Of a stretch of DNA of 64,000 bases, positions 31,246 through 42,184 are shown in pieces (position 1 is the first letter of the stretch; every line of letters begins with the position of its first letter). The stretch covers positions 64,001-128,000 of the forward strand of contig CAVPXI010000021.1 in assembly GCA_963709585.1 (NCBI GenBank), written 5' to 3'. The position numbers and the translations under genes were made by a program. The notes beneath the pieces were generated by a model, which worked only from the letters and a program-made list of their open reading frames with translations, did no database searches and was not told where the DNA came from. Origin of the DNA: Candidatus Dormiibacterota bacterium (GTDB taxonomy: Bacteria > Chloroflexota > Dormibacteria > Aeolococcales > Aeolococcaceae).

Positions 31246-32807
31246 GAGAAGTCTTTGAGCCGTCCCCACAATTCCGGGAGCGGGCGGTTGAGCGTGCAGA
31301 ACGTCACCGGCGCGCCTTGTTCGAGATTCACGACTTCGTACGGCACGACGAGATGCGTAACGAGCTTCGTGGACGTGCACATCCAGGCGAGGTCGGACGG
31401 TGCGTAGCCGACCATGAGCGCATCGGTTGCAGCGAGATCCTTCGGAAGCCAGTACCAGTCACTGAGCTGAGGACTGAAGCTCGCCGGAAGCAGCTTCGGG
31501 TTGCCGAAGATCTGGAGCGCACCGGCGACGCCGTAATCGGACGAGACGATGACCGTCGTGGCGCGCTGGGCGGGGGAAAGCGCCCCATAGATCGCCGTCA
31601 ACTGGTTGGTGATCTCGGGCCAGCCGACGGTGGAAGCGAGGTCGGTATCCAGCGTGTCGAGGCCGGTCGCGTGGAACTGATCCGCTGGCGTCAGTGGGAT
31701 GGTGATCTTCGCGAGGCTGACCAGTCCGACCAGGCTCGCGACCACCACCGCGACTGCCAGCCCAGACCGAAGCCGTGGCCGTTTGACGTTCGACAGCGCA
31801 ATGAGGCCGGCGGCCATGACGATGGGGATGGTCGGTCCCGGGTAGTAGTACTTCCCGACCAAGAGGTAGACGACCATCGGCGTCGCACACGCGATCCCAA
31901 TCGGGCGGATGCGTGCGTTGCCGAACAGTGAGATGAAGCCGGCGATCCAGAGCGGCGTGAGCAGGAAGAGAAGGACCAGGAAAAAGACAATGAAGTCAGT
32001 AACTCCACCACCGGACTGGATCGCTGCCGTGTGATTCGAGATGTATACGAGCGTCGGAAAGCCATTCGCGATCTGCCACACGACGTTTGGCATCCAGATG
32101 ATCAGCGCCAGTGCCGCCCCGATCCAGGGATACCTCGTGCTGAGATCCTTGCGCAGTGACGGCGTGAGAAGGACCGCGAGTCCGATGCCGGCGATGAGCG
32201 GGAGGATGAGGTACTTGATCTCGAGGCCGACGCCGAGGGTGATGCCGAGCAGGATCCAGGTGCGGGGCTTCCGATCGATGACGATCGAGAGGAACCAGTA
32301 GAGCGAGAGCATCCAGGCGAGCTGGTCGAAGACCACGGTCTGGAAGAGATACGTGCCGAGGATGAGCGGCTCGGTGACCCCGGCGAGCATCGCGAGCGCC
32401 TGAAAACCCAGCGAGCCGCCGAGCTTGCGGACGTAGGCGCCGCAGAGGATGACGTTGACGCCGCCGAGGAGTGCCGGGATCAGCCGCAGCGCCCATGGCG
32501 TGATCCCAAGCACCGTTGTCTCAAGCCTGCCGACGAGGGGGACGATCGGCGGGTAATCCACATACCCGAAGGCGGCGTGCTGGCCGCTCGCCAGGTAATA
32601 GAGCTCGTCGATGTGGAACCCGAGATTGCCATTGGTCGCGAGGTGGAGGGCGATGAGGCAACCCGCGGCAACCCCATAGACAAGGAGCATGGCAAGACGC
32701 GGCTGTTGCTTCGCGACCCGCGTGACGCCTCTCAAGAAATGGTCACGAGCGGGTTTCTGTCGACGGGGTTCGCGCTGCAGCGGTTGGTCTGTAGCTGACA
32801 CACCCAA
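31242..32807 (-). CDS. GT-C fold (ArnT/PMT-like) glycosyltransferase
   Basis: DELYY...GYVDYPP, many TM helices, KYYY. Confidence 0.85.
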   Translation of the reverse strand: MGVSATDQPLQREPRRQKPARDHFLRGVTRVAKQQPRLAMLLVYGVAAGCLIALHLATNGNLGFHIDELYYLASGQHAAFGYVDYPPIVPLVGRLETTVLGITPWALRLIPALLGGVNVILCGAYVRKLGGSLGFQALAMLAGVTEPLILGTYLFQTVVFDQLAWMLSLYWFLSIVIDRKPRTWILLGITLGVGLEIKYLILPLIAGIGLAVLLTPSLRKDLSTRYPWIGAALALIIWMPNVVWQIANGFPTLVYISNHTAAIQSGGGVTDFIVFFLVLLFLLTPLWIAGFISLFGNARIRPIGIACATPMVVYLLVGKYYYPGPTIPIVMAAGLIALSNVKRPRLRSGLAVAVVVASLVGLVSLAKITIPLTPADQFHATGLDTLDTDLASTVGWPEITNQLTAIYGALSPAQRATTVIVSSDYGVAGALQIFGNPKLLPASFSPQLSDWYWLPKDLAATDALMVGYAPSDLAWMCTSTKLVTHLVVPYEVVNLEQGAPVTFCTLNRPLPELWGRLKDFS

Positions 32808-32819
32808 CGGCGCCGACGA

Positions 32820-35699
32820 TCACTCGTCGCGCGCAGCGGCGCGGCCCTCGTCGCAGACGGTCCGGAAATCGCAGCGCTGACACTGCCAGCGCGAGGGCTT
32901 CGGTGGAAACGATCCGGTGCTCGAGGCCAGCGCCAGCTCGCGCGCCGTCGCAGACAGGTGCCCGTGCGCCTTGCGCAGGAAACCCTTGTCTGCGACCACG
33001 CGGGTGACGGCTCCCTGCAGGTAGTGGAACTCCACCGCGACCGCGTCGGTCTGCTCGCGCTGCGCGAGTCCCACGGCATACGCACGCAGCTGCAGGTCCG
33101 AGCGCAGTGCCGCTTCCTCCTTGGGACGACCCGTCTTGTAGTCCACGACGGTCGGAATGCCGTCCAGGCGTCTGTCGACGCGGTCGAATCGACCTGCGGC
33201 ATCGGCGTGGTCGAGGCTGATCGTCACCGGCTCCTCGACCTGGTCGATGGTGGTGTCGATCCACCCGGGTGACTCCAGATAGCGGCGCAATTGCTCCTCG
33301 CCGTGTGCGCGCAACTCTGCGTGACGTCCCTTGGGGCCGCGCGACTGGTCCCAGGCCGCGTGCCAAAGGGATGCCACCACATCGTCACTGACCGCCTCGC
33401 CCGCGATGCGCCGGGTTGCCGCCGAGCGCAGCACCTCGTGAATCATTGTGCCGTACCAGCTCCGCGCGTCGGGGCGCACCGGGAGATGCCAGCGTCGCAG
33501 GTAGTTGTAGCGGCGCGGGCAACTCCTGAACACACCCAGATCGGACACGGCGATGGACAGGCGCTGGAGCACCGGAGCGCCCGCGGGACGCGGCGCCCGC
33601 ACGGCAACTGTGCTGTCGGCCGGAAGCTCCTTGGACAGCACCGAGCCGCCGCGCAGCGACATCGCCATTGTGAGGAACGGTGTGCATGACTCCTCGCTCG
33701 AGGGCTGCGGGTACGAGCGCGCCCACGTGTACACGAGCCGGTCTCGGGCGCGCGTTGACGCCACGTAGAACAACCGCCGTTCCTCGTCGACCGCCACGTC
33801 TCCCGGAGGTGGCGGTTCCGGAACCAGGTCGTCGGGGAGCTGCAGGTCCGACGACGACCTGGTGCGTCCCTGCCAGCGCCGCTCGGTGCATCGCGAGAGA
33901 AACACGACGGGCCACTCGAGTCCCTTGGAGCCGTGAGCGGTGAGCAGGACGACACCGTCCTCGATCGCCTCGATGCTCGGCAGCTCGCCGCCGTCGCGGC
34001 TGTCCCGGAGCACGCCGAGGTAGCGCAGCGCGGTGCTGACGCGCCGATCATCGCTCCAGTCGGCGAAGGTCTCCAGCAGCTCACCGAGCTTGTTGAGATT
34101 CGCACCCATCTGCAGGCGGGCGACGCCGGACTGCTCGTCGATGATGCCGAGAAATCCGCTCGCCTCGAGCGCGAGCTGAAACAGGTCGCGAACGTCTTCA
34201 CGCTGCGACGCCGCGTGAAGCTCGTGAATGTCCTGCACGCACTGCTGCGCGGCCGCCAGGTCCACCGCATCGAGATCCTCGACGGCACCATCGGCGACGA
34301 GCACGACCAGCGGGACGTCGTGCTGATGGGCCGCGCGCACGAGCGCGACCCGGCCGGCGGTGGTGACGCCCCAGCCGGGGAGCGTGAGGCAGCGCAACAC
34401 GGCCTGAGAATCGTCGGGATCCTCGATGGCGGCGAGCAGCGCCAGCGCGTCCTTGACCTCGCGTTCCTGGAAGAAACCGCGACCACCGGCCACCTGGTAG
34501 GGCACGCCGCACTGACGCAGCGCGCGCATCGCTGGTTGCATGTCGACGTGCTGGCGGAAGAGCCATGCAATGTCGGCGGGCCGCATTCCCGACGCGATGA
34601 GACGGGCGCATTCACGGGCCACGGCCATGGCCTCGCTGCGCTCCTCAGGGGCGCGCCACACCTCCACCGCGGCCCCAGGTCCGCGATCGGCGATCAACCG
34701 CTTCTCGATGCGGGTCGCCGGGCTGGCGACGCTGATCAGCGCGCGCGACGCCGCAACGATCTGGTCGGTGCTCCGGTAGTTGTGCGTGAGCACGAGCTGG
34801 CGATGCTCCGGATACTCGCGACCGAATCGGTCGAGGTTGGCACGGCTCGCGCCCCGGAACTTGTAGATGGACTGGTCGTCGTCAGCGACGACGAAGAGGT
34901 TGCGATGACCGGCGACGAGGGTTTCGACGAGCTTGGCCTGCGCGTAATTGGTGTCCTGGTACTCGTCGACCATCACGTGGCTGATGCGGTTCGCGACGGC
35001 GCTGCGCACCGCCGGGTGCTCGCGGATCAAGCGCTCCGCGTAGAGGATGCAGTCGTCGAAGTCGAACACCCCCGCACGCCGGTAGCGTTCGTCGAGGCGC
35101 GCGTAGAGACGCGCCACGTCCTGGTGGCGTTCGAGGACGATCCGCTCGGCCGGGTCGTCGCAACCCTCGAGCCGTGCCGCCGCCCACATCGCGTAAGCGT
35201 CCGGCGTGACCAGCTCCTGTTTCGCGGTGCCGATGACCTCGAGGAGGGGATCCATGAGGTCGTGGGGCCGCAACGGGTTCCACAGCAGCGGTGGGCGCAG
35301 CTCATCGAGGACCGCCTCCACGTGGAGCCAGCGCTCGGCGGCATCGGCGATGCGGAGGACGGGGGAGATGCCGAGCAGCCAACCCCACTCACGCACGACT
35401 CGGAGACCGAACGAGTGGTAGTTGGTGAGCGGGGCGTCGTCTCCGAACGACCCGTGCGCCCGTTCCACCCGCGCGCGCATCTCGTCCGCGGCCTTGCGCG
35501 TGTAGGTGAGCACGAGCTGCCTGCCCGCCCCGACACCGAGCGCCGAGAGGCGGTGGAACCGTTCGACGATGATCCGTGTCTTGCCGCTGCCCGGTCCGGC
35601 GATCACCAGGCACGGGCCGTCACCATGCTCGACCGCGACGCGCTGCTCGTCGTCGAGCGCTGCGGTGGGTGGGGCGTCGGGGAGTGCAATGCCGGTCAT
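32820..35699 (-). CDS. UvrD-type SF1A helicase fused to a PD-(D/E)XK nuclease (AdnAB/AddA-like)
   Basis: AGPGSGKT, VDEYQD, DQSIYKFRGA, SKGLEW, EERRLFYVASTRA; GRFDR..VDYKTG; C..CxxC..C. Confidence 0.92.
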   Translation of the reverse strand: MTGIALPDAPPTAALDDEQRVAVEHGDGPCLVIAGPGSGKTRIIVERFHRLSALGVGAGRQLVLTYTRKAADEMRARVERAHGSFGDDAPLTNYHSFGLRVVREWGWLLGISPVLRIADAAERWLHVEAVLDELRPPLLWNPLRPHDLMDPLLEVIGTAKQELVTPDAYAMWAAARLEGCDDPAERIVLERHQDVARLYARLDERYRRAGVFDFDDCILYAERLIREHPAVRSAVANRISHVMVDEYQDTNYAQAKLVETLVAGHRNLFVVADDDQSIYKFRGASRANLDRFGREYPEHRQLVLTHNYRSTDQIVAASRALISVASPATRIEKRLIADRGPGAAVEVWRAPEERSEAMAVARECARLIASGMRPADIAWLFRQHVDMQPAMRALRQCGVPYQVAGGRGFFQEREVKDALALLAAIEDPDDSQAVLRCLTLPGWGVTTAGRVALVRAAHQHDVPLVVLVADGAVEDLDAVDLAAAQQCVQDIHELHAASQREDVRDLFQLALEASGFLGIIDEQSGVARLQMGANLNKLGELLETFADWSDDRRVSTALRYLGVLRDSRDGGELPSIEAIEDGVVLLTAHGSKGLEWPVVFLSRCTERRWQGRTRSSSDLQLPDDLVPEPPPPGDVAVDEERRLFYVASTRARDRLVYTWARSYPQPSSEESCTPFLTMAMSLRGGSVLSKELPADSTVAVRAPRPAGAPVLQRLSIAVSDLGVFRSCPRRYNYLRRWHLPVRPDARSWYGTMIHEVLRSAATRRIAGEAVSDDVVASLWHAAWDQSRGPKGRHAELRAHGEEQLRRYLESPGWIDTTIDQVEEPVTISLDHADAAGRFDRVDRRLDGIPTVVDYKTGRPKEEAALRSDLQLRAYAVGLAQREQTDAVAVEFHYLQGAVTRVVADKGFLRKAHGHLSATARELALASSTGSFPPKPSRWQCQRCDFRTVCDEGRAAARDE

Positions 35700-35761
35700 C
35701 GAGGTCGATTCTGGGCCGACCCGGCGACAGCGGGGTGTCGCGCGCGGTGGAGAATTCGAGC

Positions 35762-36652
35762 ATGGAGCCGGGTCCCATCACCGACGCTGCGCTCACACCG
35801 GGCCTCGCCGATGCTCTGCCCTGGCTGCGCCGTGCCCGGCGCATTCTCGTGTTCACCGGCGCGGGCATCTCGACCGAGTCCGGCATCCCCGACTTCCGGG
35901 GACCGAACGGCGTCTGGAAGACGACAGACCCGCAGCGATACTCGATCGAGAGCTACGTCGCCGATCGCTCGGTGCGCGTCGAGCGCTGGCGCGCACGGCT
36001 GGAGGGACGCTTCTCGAACGCACAGCCGAATGCGGCGCACCTGGCGGTCACAAGGCTCCAGCGGGCCGGCCTCGCCCCGGTGGTGGTGACGCAGAACATC
36101 GACGGGCTTCACCAGAAGGCGGGCACGGTCAATGTCATCGAGCTGCACGGCACATCCTCCGAGGCGGTCTGCCTCGACTGCAAGCGGCGGATGCCCATCG
36201 AGGTCGCCCTCGATCGGGTGCGCGAGGGTGACGACGACCCGCATTGCGAACTCTGCGGCGGTCTGCTCAAGACCGCGACGATCAGCTTCGGCCAGCCGCT
36301 GGTGGCTGCCGACATGGATCGAGCCACCGAGGAGGCGCGCCGCTGCGACGTCTGTCTCACGGTCGGGTCGACGCTCTCGGTCTGGCCCGCGGCCGCCGTT
36401 CCGGTCGAGGCGGTCCGGAACGGTGCGAGGCTGGTGATCGTGAACGATGGGGCCACCGACCTGGACGGCATGGCGAGCCTGATGCTCGCGGGGCGGGCGG
36501 GCACGGTGTTGACCGAGCTGGTGGCGGCGCTGCTTGGTGGCGAGGAGTTGAAGGTAGAATTCAAAGTCCGAGCCGGTGAGGCCCGGGTTCAGCCGAAAGG
36601 AGGTGATTCCGACCGTGTCGGAAGTGAAGGTCCGCGAAGGCGAGACCTTTGA
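35762..36652 (+). CDS. cobB: Sir2/CobB NAD-dependent deacylase
   Basis: [28 protein letters not shown], two CxxC; the 3' end may be over-extended into the rpsU leader. Confidence 0.9.
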   Translation: MEPGPITDAALTPGLADALPWLRRARRILVFTGAGISTESGIPDFRGPNGVWKTTDPQRYSIESYVADRSVRVERWRARLEGRFSNAQPNAAHLAVTRLQRAGLAPVVVTQNIDGLHQKAGTVNVIELHGTSSEAVCLDCKRRMPIEVALDRVREGDDDPHCELCGGLLKTATISFGQPLVAADMDRATEEARRCDVCLTVGSTLSVWPAAAVPVEAVRNGARLVIVNDGATDLDGMASLMLAGRAGTVLTELVAALLGGEELKVEFKVRAGEARVQPKGGDSDRVGSEGPRRRDL

Positions 36653-36797
36653 GAGCGCGTTACGACGGTTCAACAAGAAGATCAAGCAGAACGGCATCCT
36701 CTCCGAGGTTCGCAGACGCGAGCACTACGAGAAGCCGTCCGTGCGCCGCAAGCGAAAGCTGCTTGCAGCGCGTAAGCGTCGCGTCAAGAGCGCCTGA
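36615..36797 (+). CDS. rpsU: 30S ribosomal protein S21
   Basis: [15 protein letters not shown]; strong SD AAGGAGGTGA. Confidence 0.96.
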   Translation: MSEVKVREGETFESALRRFNKKIKQNGILSEVRRREHYEKPSVRRKRKLLAARKRRVKSA

Positions 36798-36810
36798 CGC
36801 CCCTGCCTCC

Positions 36811-37254
36811 GTGCGGGTGACCGTCATCCGCGATCCGTGTCTCAGTACGCGGCAACGTCGCGTTGTTGCTGACGCACGCCTCGGCTCCTTGCTCCGCGCC
36901 TGCGGAGACCGGCTCGACGTACCCGTTCGAGCGAGCCTGAGCGTGCGCCTGACCGGTGATGCGGAGCTTCGCGATCTCAACACGCGCTTTCTCGGGATCG
37001 ACGCCCCGACCGACGTGCTCGCGTTTCCGGCGGGCGAACCGGGTCGCATCGGTGACGTGGCCATCTCGGTGGAACGGGCGATCGGTCAGGCCCCGGATGG
37101 TGTCGCCGAGCTTCGCCTGCTCGCCGTGCACGGATTCCTCCACTGTCTCGGACACGACCACGCCCTGCCGGAAGCCGCCGCAGCCATGACCGCCGCGACC
37201 CGGATGCTGCTGCCGGATGCAGATGTCCCCGATCTTCAAACCGCCGGACTGTGA
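36811..37254 (+). CDS. ybeY: rRNA maturation RNase YbeY
   Basis: PTDVLAF, GDVAIS, HGFLHCLGHDH. Confidence 0.9.
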   Translation: MRVTVIRDPCLSTRQRRVVADARLGSLLRACGDRLDVPVRASLSVRLTGDAELRDLNTRFLGIDAPTDVLAFPAGEPGRIGDVAISVERAIGQAPDGVAELRLLAVHGFLHCLGHDHALPEAAAAMTAATRMLLPDADVPDLQTAGL

Positions 37255-37826
37255 CCCAGCTGATCATCGGCCTTGGCAACCCAGGAGGTGAATACGCGCG
37301 TACCCGGCACAATGTCGGGTGGATGTGCCTTGACGAGCTCGAGCGCCGCGGCAAGTTCGGCCGCGAGCGGCGCGAGGGGTCGGCACGCGTGCGCGAGGGA
37401 ACCATCGACGGCTATGACGTGCTCACGGCTCGCCCGCAGACCTTCATGAACCTCAGTGGCAAGGCGGCGGCGCAGCTCACCAGCAAGCGCGGCATCCCCC
37501 CGGGGGATGTGATCGTCATCCACGACGAAGCCGATTTCCCGCTCGGGCGCGTGAAGATCAAGCTCGGCGGCAGCGCCGCCGGGCATCGCGGGGTGCAGTC
37601 GCTCATCAACTCGTGGCGCACCGATGCCTTCCCCCGAATCCGCATCGGTGTGGGCAGGGACGGCGACAGCAATGACCTGATCGAGCATGTGCTCGACCCC
37701 TTCCTTCCCGATGAGCGTCCGCTGGCCGAGGCGGCGATCGCGCGGGCCGCCGGGATGGCGGTGGCGATCATGCGCGATGGGCTCGCGGTGGCAATGAACC
37801 TCTGGAACCGTGCCGGCCCGGACTGA
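37251..37826 (+). CDS. pth: Peptidyl-tRNA hydrolase
   Basis: GLGNPG..Y..TRHNVG, TFMNLSG, GH.G, RIRIGVG. Confidence 0.96.
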   Translation: MTQLIIGLGNPGGEYARTRHNVGWMCLDELERRGKFGRERREGSARVREGTIDGYDVLTARPQTFMNLSGKAAAQLTSKRGIPPGDVIVIHDEADFPLGRVKIKLGGSAAGHRGVQSLINSWRTDAFPRIRIGVGRDGDSNDLIEHVLDPFLPDERPLAEAAIARAAGMAVAIMRDGLAVAMNLWNRAGPD

Positions 37827-40800
37827 TCGCCGCCTCACCTCGACCGCGGTGGCGTCGGCGACCCTGCGAGAACGCCTCGACCAGCTGCCCGAGCTCGCTG
37901 AGCTCGGTGGCGCTCACGGGGGCATCGTCGCGGGGGTCCCTTCCGGTGCCGTCGGCCTCATCGCCTGGTGGCTGCGCGAGAAGACGGAGCGGACGGTCCT
38001 CGTCGTCGCCGCCGAATCGGAGCGCGTGTACGCGGACTCGCTGGTCTGGGATGGTGGCACCGGTGCGGCGATCTTTCCCGCCGGCGACACCCCGCCGTTC
38101 GACAGGGTCCCGCCGTCAGAAGAGGTGACCCGCGCGCGGCTCGCGACCCTGATGCGACTGCATGCCGGCGTTGCGCCGCTTCTCGTCGTGGCCTCACCGC
38201 GCGGCCTGCTGCGGCCGACTCTGTCGCGCGCGGTCGTCGAGGCGGGGCTGACCGAGGTGAAGCGCGGAGCCCGGCTGCCTCGCGACCAGCTTGTGGCCCG
38301 CCTCGTGGAACTCGGCTACCGGCGCGAGAGCGCCGTCTCGAGTCCCGGGGACTTCGCGGTCCGTGGCGGCATCGTCGACGTGTTCGGCGTGGATCGTGCG
38401 CGCCCCTGGCGCGCGGAGTGGTTCGGCGACGATGTCGAGGACCTGCGCGCCTTCGATCCGGCAACCCAGGAGTTGATCGCCAAGCTCGAATCGGCACAGG
38501 TCTGGCCGGCGCGCGAGCTCGACCTCAGCCGCGAGTTGGTGGGCCGAGCCCTGGAGTCGGTCGCAGGTCTCGACGCCGCCTCGCTGCGCGACGAGGTTCG
38601 TGAACAGTGGGACAGCGACTGCGAGCTGCTGGCGTCGGGCATGTACGAGGAAGGGCTCGACCTGTTCTTCCCGTACCTCGGTGGCCGGCCCGCGGCGACG
38701 CTGCTCGACCACCTCCACGACCCGATCGTCCTGCTGGACGGCGGCCGCGAGCGACTCACCGCAGCCGCTGAGCGCCACGCGGCCGAGATCGAGGACCTCC
38801 GGGTGCAGGAGGAGACGAGAGGCGAGCTCCCCCACGGCGCCTCGTCGGGCCTGGTCGACGTGGGCGATCTCTTCACCGCACTCGATCGCTATCCGTGCTT
38901 CGAACTCGTCCGCGAAGCGCCGAGCAGCGCCGCGGTCGCAACTGACCTCGCATGGCGCGGTGTGGACAGCTACGTCGGCCGTTTCGACGCCTTCGTGCGC
39001 GAGGCGATCCACGAGCGCGAGGAACGCGGATGCGTGCTCGTGGTGTCCCGGCAGCAGCATCGCGTCGAGGAGCTCGCGGCCGAGCACGGTGCGGATACCG
39101 TCGATGCGACGGACTTTGCGGCGGCGTCGACACCGCTGCCTGCAGGCGCGATCGTGGTCGCGTCCGCCGACCTGACTCAGGGGTTCGCCGTCGCCGACGG
39201 GTCGGTGCACGTGTACACGGATGCCGAACTGTTCGGTGCCATCAAGCGGCGTCGCTCGGTGCTCGCGCGCGGGTCGCGTCGCGCCGTGTCCACGTCGGCG
39301 CGCGGTTCACGCCGTGCCGCCAGCGGAAGCGCCGCGCGCGAAGCCTTCGTGCTGCAGTTCGCGCCCGGCGACCTGGTGGTGCATCGCGACCACGGGATCT
39401 CCCGTTTCGTCGAGATGCGCGCGGTCACCGACGACGGTGGCGCGGTGCACGAGTACATGCTCCTCGAGTACGCCGACGGCGATCGACTCTTCGTTCCCAC
39501 CCAGCACCTCGATCGGGTTGACCGCTATATCGGAGGCGCGGAGTCGCATCCGAAGCTGTCCCGGCTGGGCAGCGGCGAATGGGAGCGCACGCGACGGCGG
39601 GTCAAGGAGCGCACCGAGGAGGTCGCGCGCGAATTGCTCGGTCTCTACTCGCGACGCGAGCAGGCGCAGGGCCATGCGTACGCGCCCGACGGTGCTTGGC
39701 AGCAGGAGCTGGAAGGGTCTTTCCCGTACCAGGAAACGCCCGACCAGGTGCTCGTTCTCGAGGAGATCAAGCGTGACATGGAGGCGTCGCGGCCCATGGA
39801 TCGCGTGGTGTGCGGCGACGTCGGGTTCGGCAAGACCGAGCTGGCCGTGCGCGCCGCATTCAAGGCGGCGATCGAAGGCCGTCAGGTCGCGATGCTCGTG
39901 CCCACCACTGTCCTCTGCCAGCAGCACTTCATCACGTTCACCGAACGCCTCGCCGCGTTCCCGGTCACTGTGCGCCAGCTGTCGAGATTCGTGAGCGATG
40001 AGGAGATTGCGCGCACCCTTGCGGGCCTGCGCAGCGGGGCGGTCGACATCGTCGTCGGTACCCACCGCCTGCTCCAGAAGGATGTCGAGTTCAAGAATCT
40101 CGAACTCGTCGTGATCGACGAGGAGCAGCGGTTCGGGGTGCTCCAGAAGGAGCGGTTCAAGGAGTTGCGCGTGGCGGTGGACGTGCTCTCGCTCTCCGCG
40201 ACACCGATTCCGCGCACGCTGCACATGTCACTCGCCGGCATCCGCGACCTCTCCGTGATCCAGACACCGCCCGAGGAGCGCCAGCCGATCAAGACGTATG
40301 TGACTGCGCGCGAGAACTCATTGATCCGCGAGGTGATCACCCGCGAGCTGGCGCGCGGCGGCCAGTGCTTCTTCCTGCACAACCGGGTCGCGGGCATCGA
40401 GGCGGTTGCCGACCGGCTCCGGGGCCTCGTCCCCGAGGCGCGTATCGAGGTCGCCCACGGGCAGATGCCGGAGGGGATGCTCGCGGCGGTGATGCGCGAC
40501 TTCGGTGACGGCGAGATCGATGTGCTGCTGTGCACGACCATCATCGAATCCGGTCTCGACATTCCGAACGCGAATACGATCGTCATCGACGACGCGCACC
40601 GGTTGGGACTCGCGCAGCTCTATCAATTGCGCGGACGTGTGGGCCGTGCGGGGCAGCGTGCCTACGCGTACATGATGTATCCGCCCGCGAGATCGTTGAC
40701 GGAGAAGGCGGACAAGCGCCTCGATGTCATCGGCGACCTGCAGGACCTCGGCGCCGGCTTCAAGCTGGCCATGCGCGACCTCGAAATTCGCGGCGCGGGC

Positions 40801-41376
40801 AACCTGCTCGGCGAGGAGCAAAGTGGGGAGATCGCCGCCGTCGGATTGGAGCTCTACAACCACCTGCTTGCCGATGCGGTGACCACGCTGCAGGGCAAAC
40901 CGGTGCTGGAGTCGCCGGCCCAGGTCACCGTGACGCTCCCGGTGGCCGCGTTCCTCCCCGCGGACTACGTGTCCGACGAACGCCTTCGCCTGCGTTGCTA
41001 CCAGGAGCTCGCCGCATGCGTCAGTGAGTCGGAGCTGGAGCAGCGTGCGCGCGGACTGGTCGATCGATTCGGGCCCATGCCGGCGCCGACGTCGGCGCTG
41101 ATCAACTCGTTGCGCGTCCGCCTGCTCGCCGCCGCCGCGGGCGCGCTCGGCGTCGAGACCGAGCGTGGTCGCGGCGTCGTGATCCGGCTCACCCTGGATC
41201 ACGGGCTCGACCTGCAGAGCGTGGCCGCGCAGTTCCGCGGGATGACGGCGACGCCGTCGCAGCTGCATCTCGGTGATGCATGGCAGACGACGCTCACACC
41301 GGTGCTGCGGGAACTGGGCCGCCTGGTGCGAGCCCGGCAGCGCGAGCCGGTTGCGGCGCAGAACGCGCATGCGTGA
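37810..41376 (+). CDS. mfd: Transcription-repair coupling factor
   Basis: CGDVGFGKTE, DEEQRFG, SATPIPRTL, QLRGRVGR, DLEIRGAG. Confidence 0.97.
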   Translation: MPARTDRRLTSTAVASATLRERLDQLPELAELGGAHGGIVAGVPSGAVGLIAWWLREKTERTVLVVAAESERVYADSLVWDGGTGAAIFPAGDTPPFDRVPPSEEVTRARLATLMRLHAGVAPLLVVASPRGLLRPTLSRAVVEAGLTEVKRGARLPRDQLVARLVELGYRRESAVSSPGDFAVRGGIVDVFGVDRARPWRAEWFGDDVEDLRAFDPATQELIAKLESAQVWPARELDLSRELVGRALESVAGLDAASLRDEVREQWDSDCELLASGMYEEGLDLFFPYLGGRPAATLLDHLHDPIVLLDGGRERLTAAAERHAAEIEDLRVQEETRGELPHGASSGLVDVGDLFTALDRYPCFELVREAPSSAAVATDLAWRGVDSYVGRFDAFVREAIHEREERGCVLVVSRQQHRVEELAAEHGADTVDATDFAAASTPLPAGAIVVASADLTQGFAVADGSVHVYTDAELFGAIKRRRSVLARGSRRAVSTSARGSRRAASGSAAREAFVLQFAPGDLVVHRDHGISRFVEMRAVTDDGGAVHEYMLLEYADGDRLFVPTQHLDRVDRYIGGAESHPKLSRLGSGEWERTRRRVKERTEEVARELLGLYSRREQAQGHAYAPDGAWQQELEGSFPYQETPDQVLVLEEIKRDMEASRPMDRVVCGDVGFGKTELAVRAAFKAAIEGRQVAMLVPTTVLCQQHFITFTERLAAFPVTVRQLSRFVSDEEIARTLAGLRSGAVDIVVGTHRLLQKDVEFKNLELVVIDEEQRFGVLQKERFKELRVAVDVLSLSATPIPRTLHMSLAGIRDLSVIQTPPEERQPIKTYVTARENSLIREVITRELARGGQCFFLHNRVAGIEAVADRLRGLVPEARIEVAHGQMPEGMLAAVMRDFGDGEIDVLLCTTIIESGLDIPNANTIVIDDAHRLGLAQLYQLRGRVGRAGQRAYAYMMYPPARSLTEKADKRLDVIGDLQDLGAGFKLAMRDLEIRGAGNLLGEEQSGEIAAVGLELYNHLLADAVTTLQGKPVLESPAQVTVTLPVAAFLPADYVSDERLRLRCYQELAACVSESELEQRARGLVDRFGPMPAPTSALINSLRVRLLAAAAGALGVETERGRGVVIRLTLDHGLDLQSVAAQFRGMTATPSQLHLGDAWQTTLTPVLRELGRLVRARQREPVAAQNAHA

Positions 41377-42184
41377 CCAGGCCGTCGACGCGCTCCGCGC
41401 GCTGAACGAGGTCGTCGAGCGGCTGCGCGCCCCGGGCGGATGCCCGTGGGACCGCGAGCAGACGCATCGAAGCCTGCGCCCCTATCTCCTCGAGGAGACC
41501 TACGAAGTCCTCGAGGCCATCGACCGCGGCGAAACCGGAACGTTGCGCGAGGAGCTCGGCGATCTGCTGCTCCAGGTGCTCATGCACAGCGCCATCGCGA
41601 TGGAGGCGGACGGTGGCTTCGACATCGGCGACGTTGCCGACGAAGTGCGCGCCAAGATGATCCATCGCCACCCGCACGTTTTCGGCGATGTCGCGGTGGA
41701 CGGGCCCGCCGGCGTTGTCGTGAACTGGGAAAAGCTCAAGACCGCCGAGAAACGCGAGCGGTTGTCGCTCCTCGACGGCGTGCCGGCGGCGCTGCCGGCG
41801 CTGGCCCAAGCGCAGGGGGTGCAGAAGCGCCCCGCGCGGATTGGGTTCGACGAGACGCCGACCGCTCCGGTGGCTCTCGACGCGGTCCGGCTGGCGCTCG
41901 ATCGGGTCGAGGATGTCGCCGGCGGCCTGGCCGAGGCGGAACGCGGGGAGGATTGGGCAGCCGAAGCCGGCGATCCCGAAGCCGCGATCGGCGACCTGCT
42001 CTTCGCGGTGGTCGCCCTGGCGCGACGCCTCCGCGTCAACCCGGAAGAGGCGCTGCGCGGACGCACCCTGGGCTTCGCAACGCGATTCCGATCACTCGAG
42101 GCACGTGCCCGCGAAGACGGCGTCGACCTCCACGACCTTGACGATGCCGAATGGCAGGCGCGCTGGGAGGCGACAGGAACCTGA
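41369..42184 (+). CDS. mazG: Nucleoside triphosphate pyrophosphohydrolase
   Basis: GCPWD.EQTH, EELGDLLLQ, RHPHVF. Confidence 0.93.
   Translation: MRDQAVDALRALNEVVERLRAPGGCPWDREQTHRSLRPYLLEETYEVLEAIDRGETGTLREELGDLLLQVLMHSAIAMEADGGFDIGDVADEVRAKMIHRHPHVFGDVAVDGPAGVVVNWEKLKTAEKRERLSLLDGVPAALPALAQAQGVQKRPARIGFDETPTAPVALDAVRLALDRVEDVAGGLAEAERGEDWAAEAGDPEAAIGDLLFAVVALARRLRVNPEEALRGRTLGFATRFRSLEARAREDGVDLHDLDDAEWQARWEATGT

Noticed and set aside
32820-36652. Sir2 plus helicase as an anti-phage system
   Set aside because: The sirtuin is a short classical CobB with a zinc subdomain and is divergently transcribed, unlike Sir2-HerA or DSR operons
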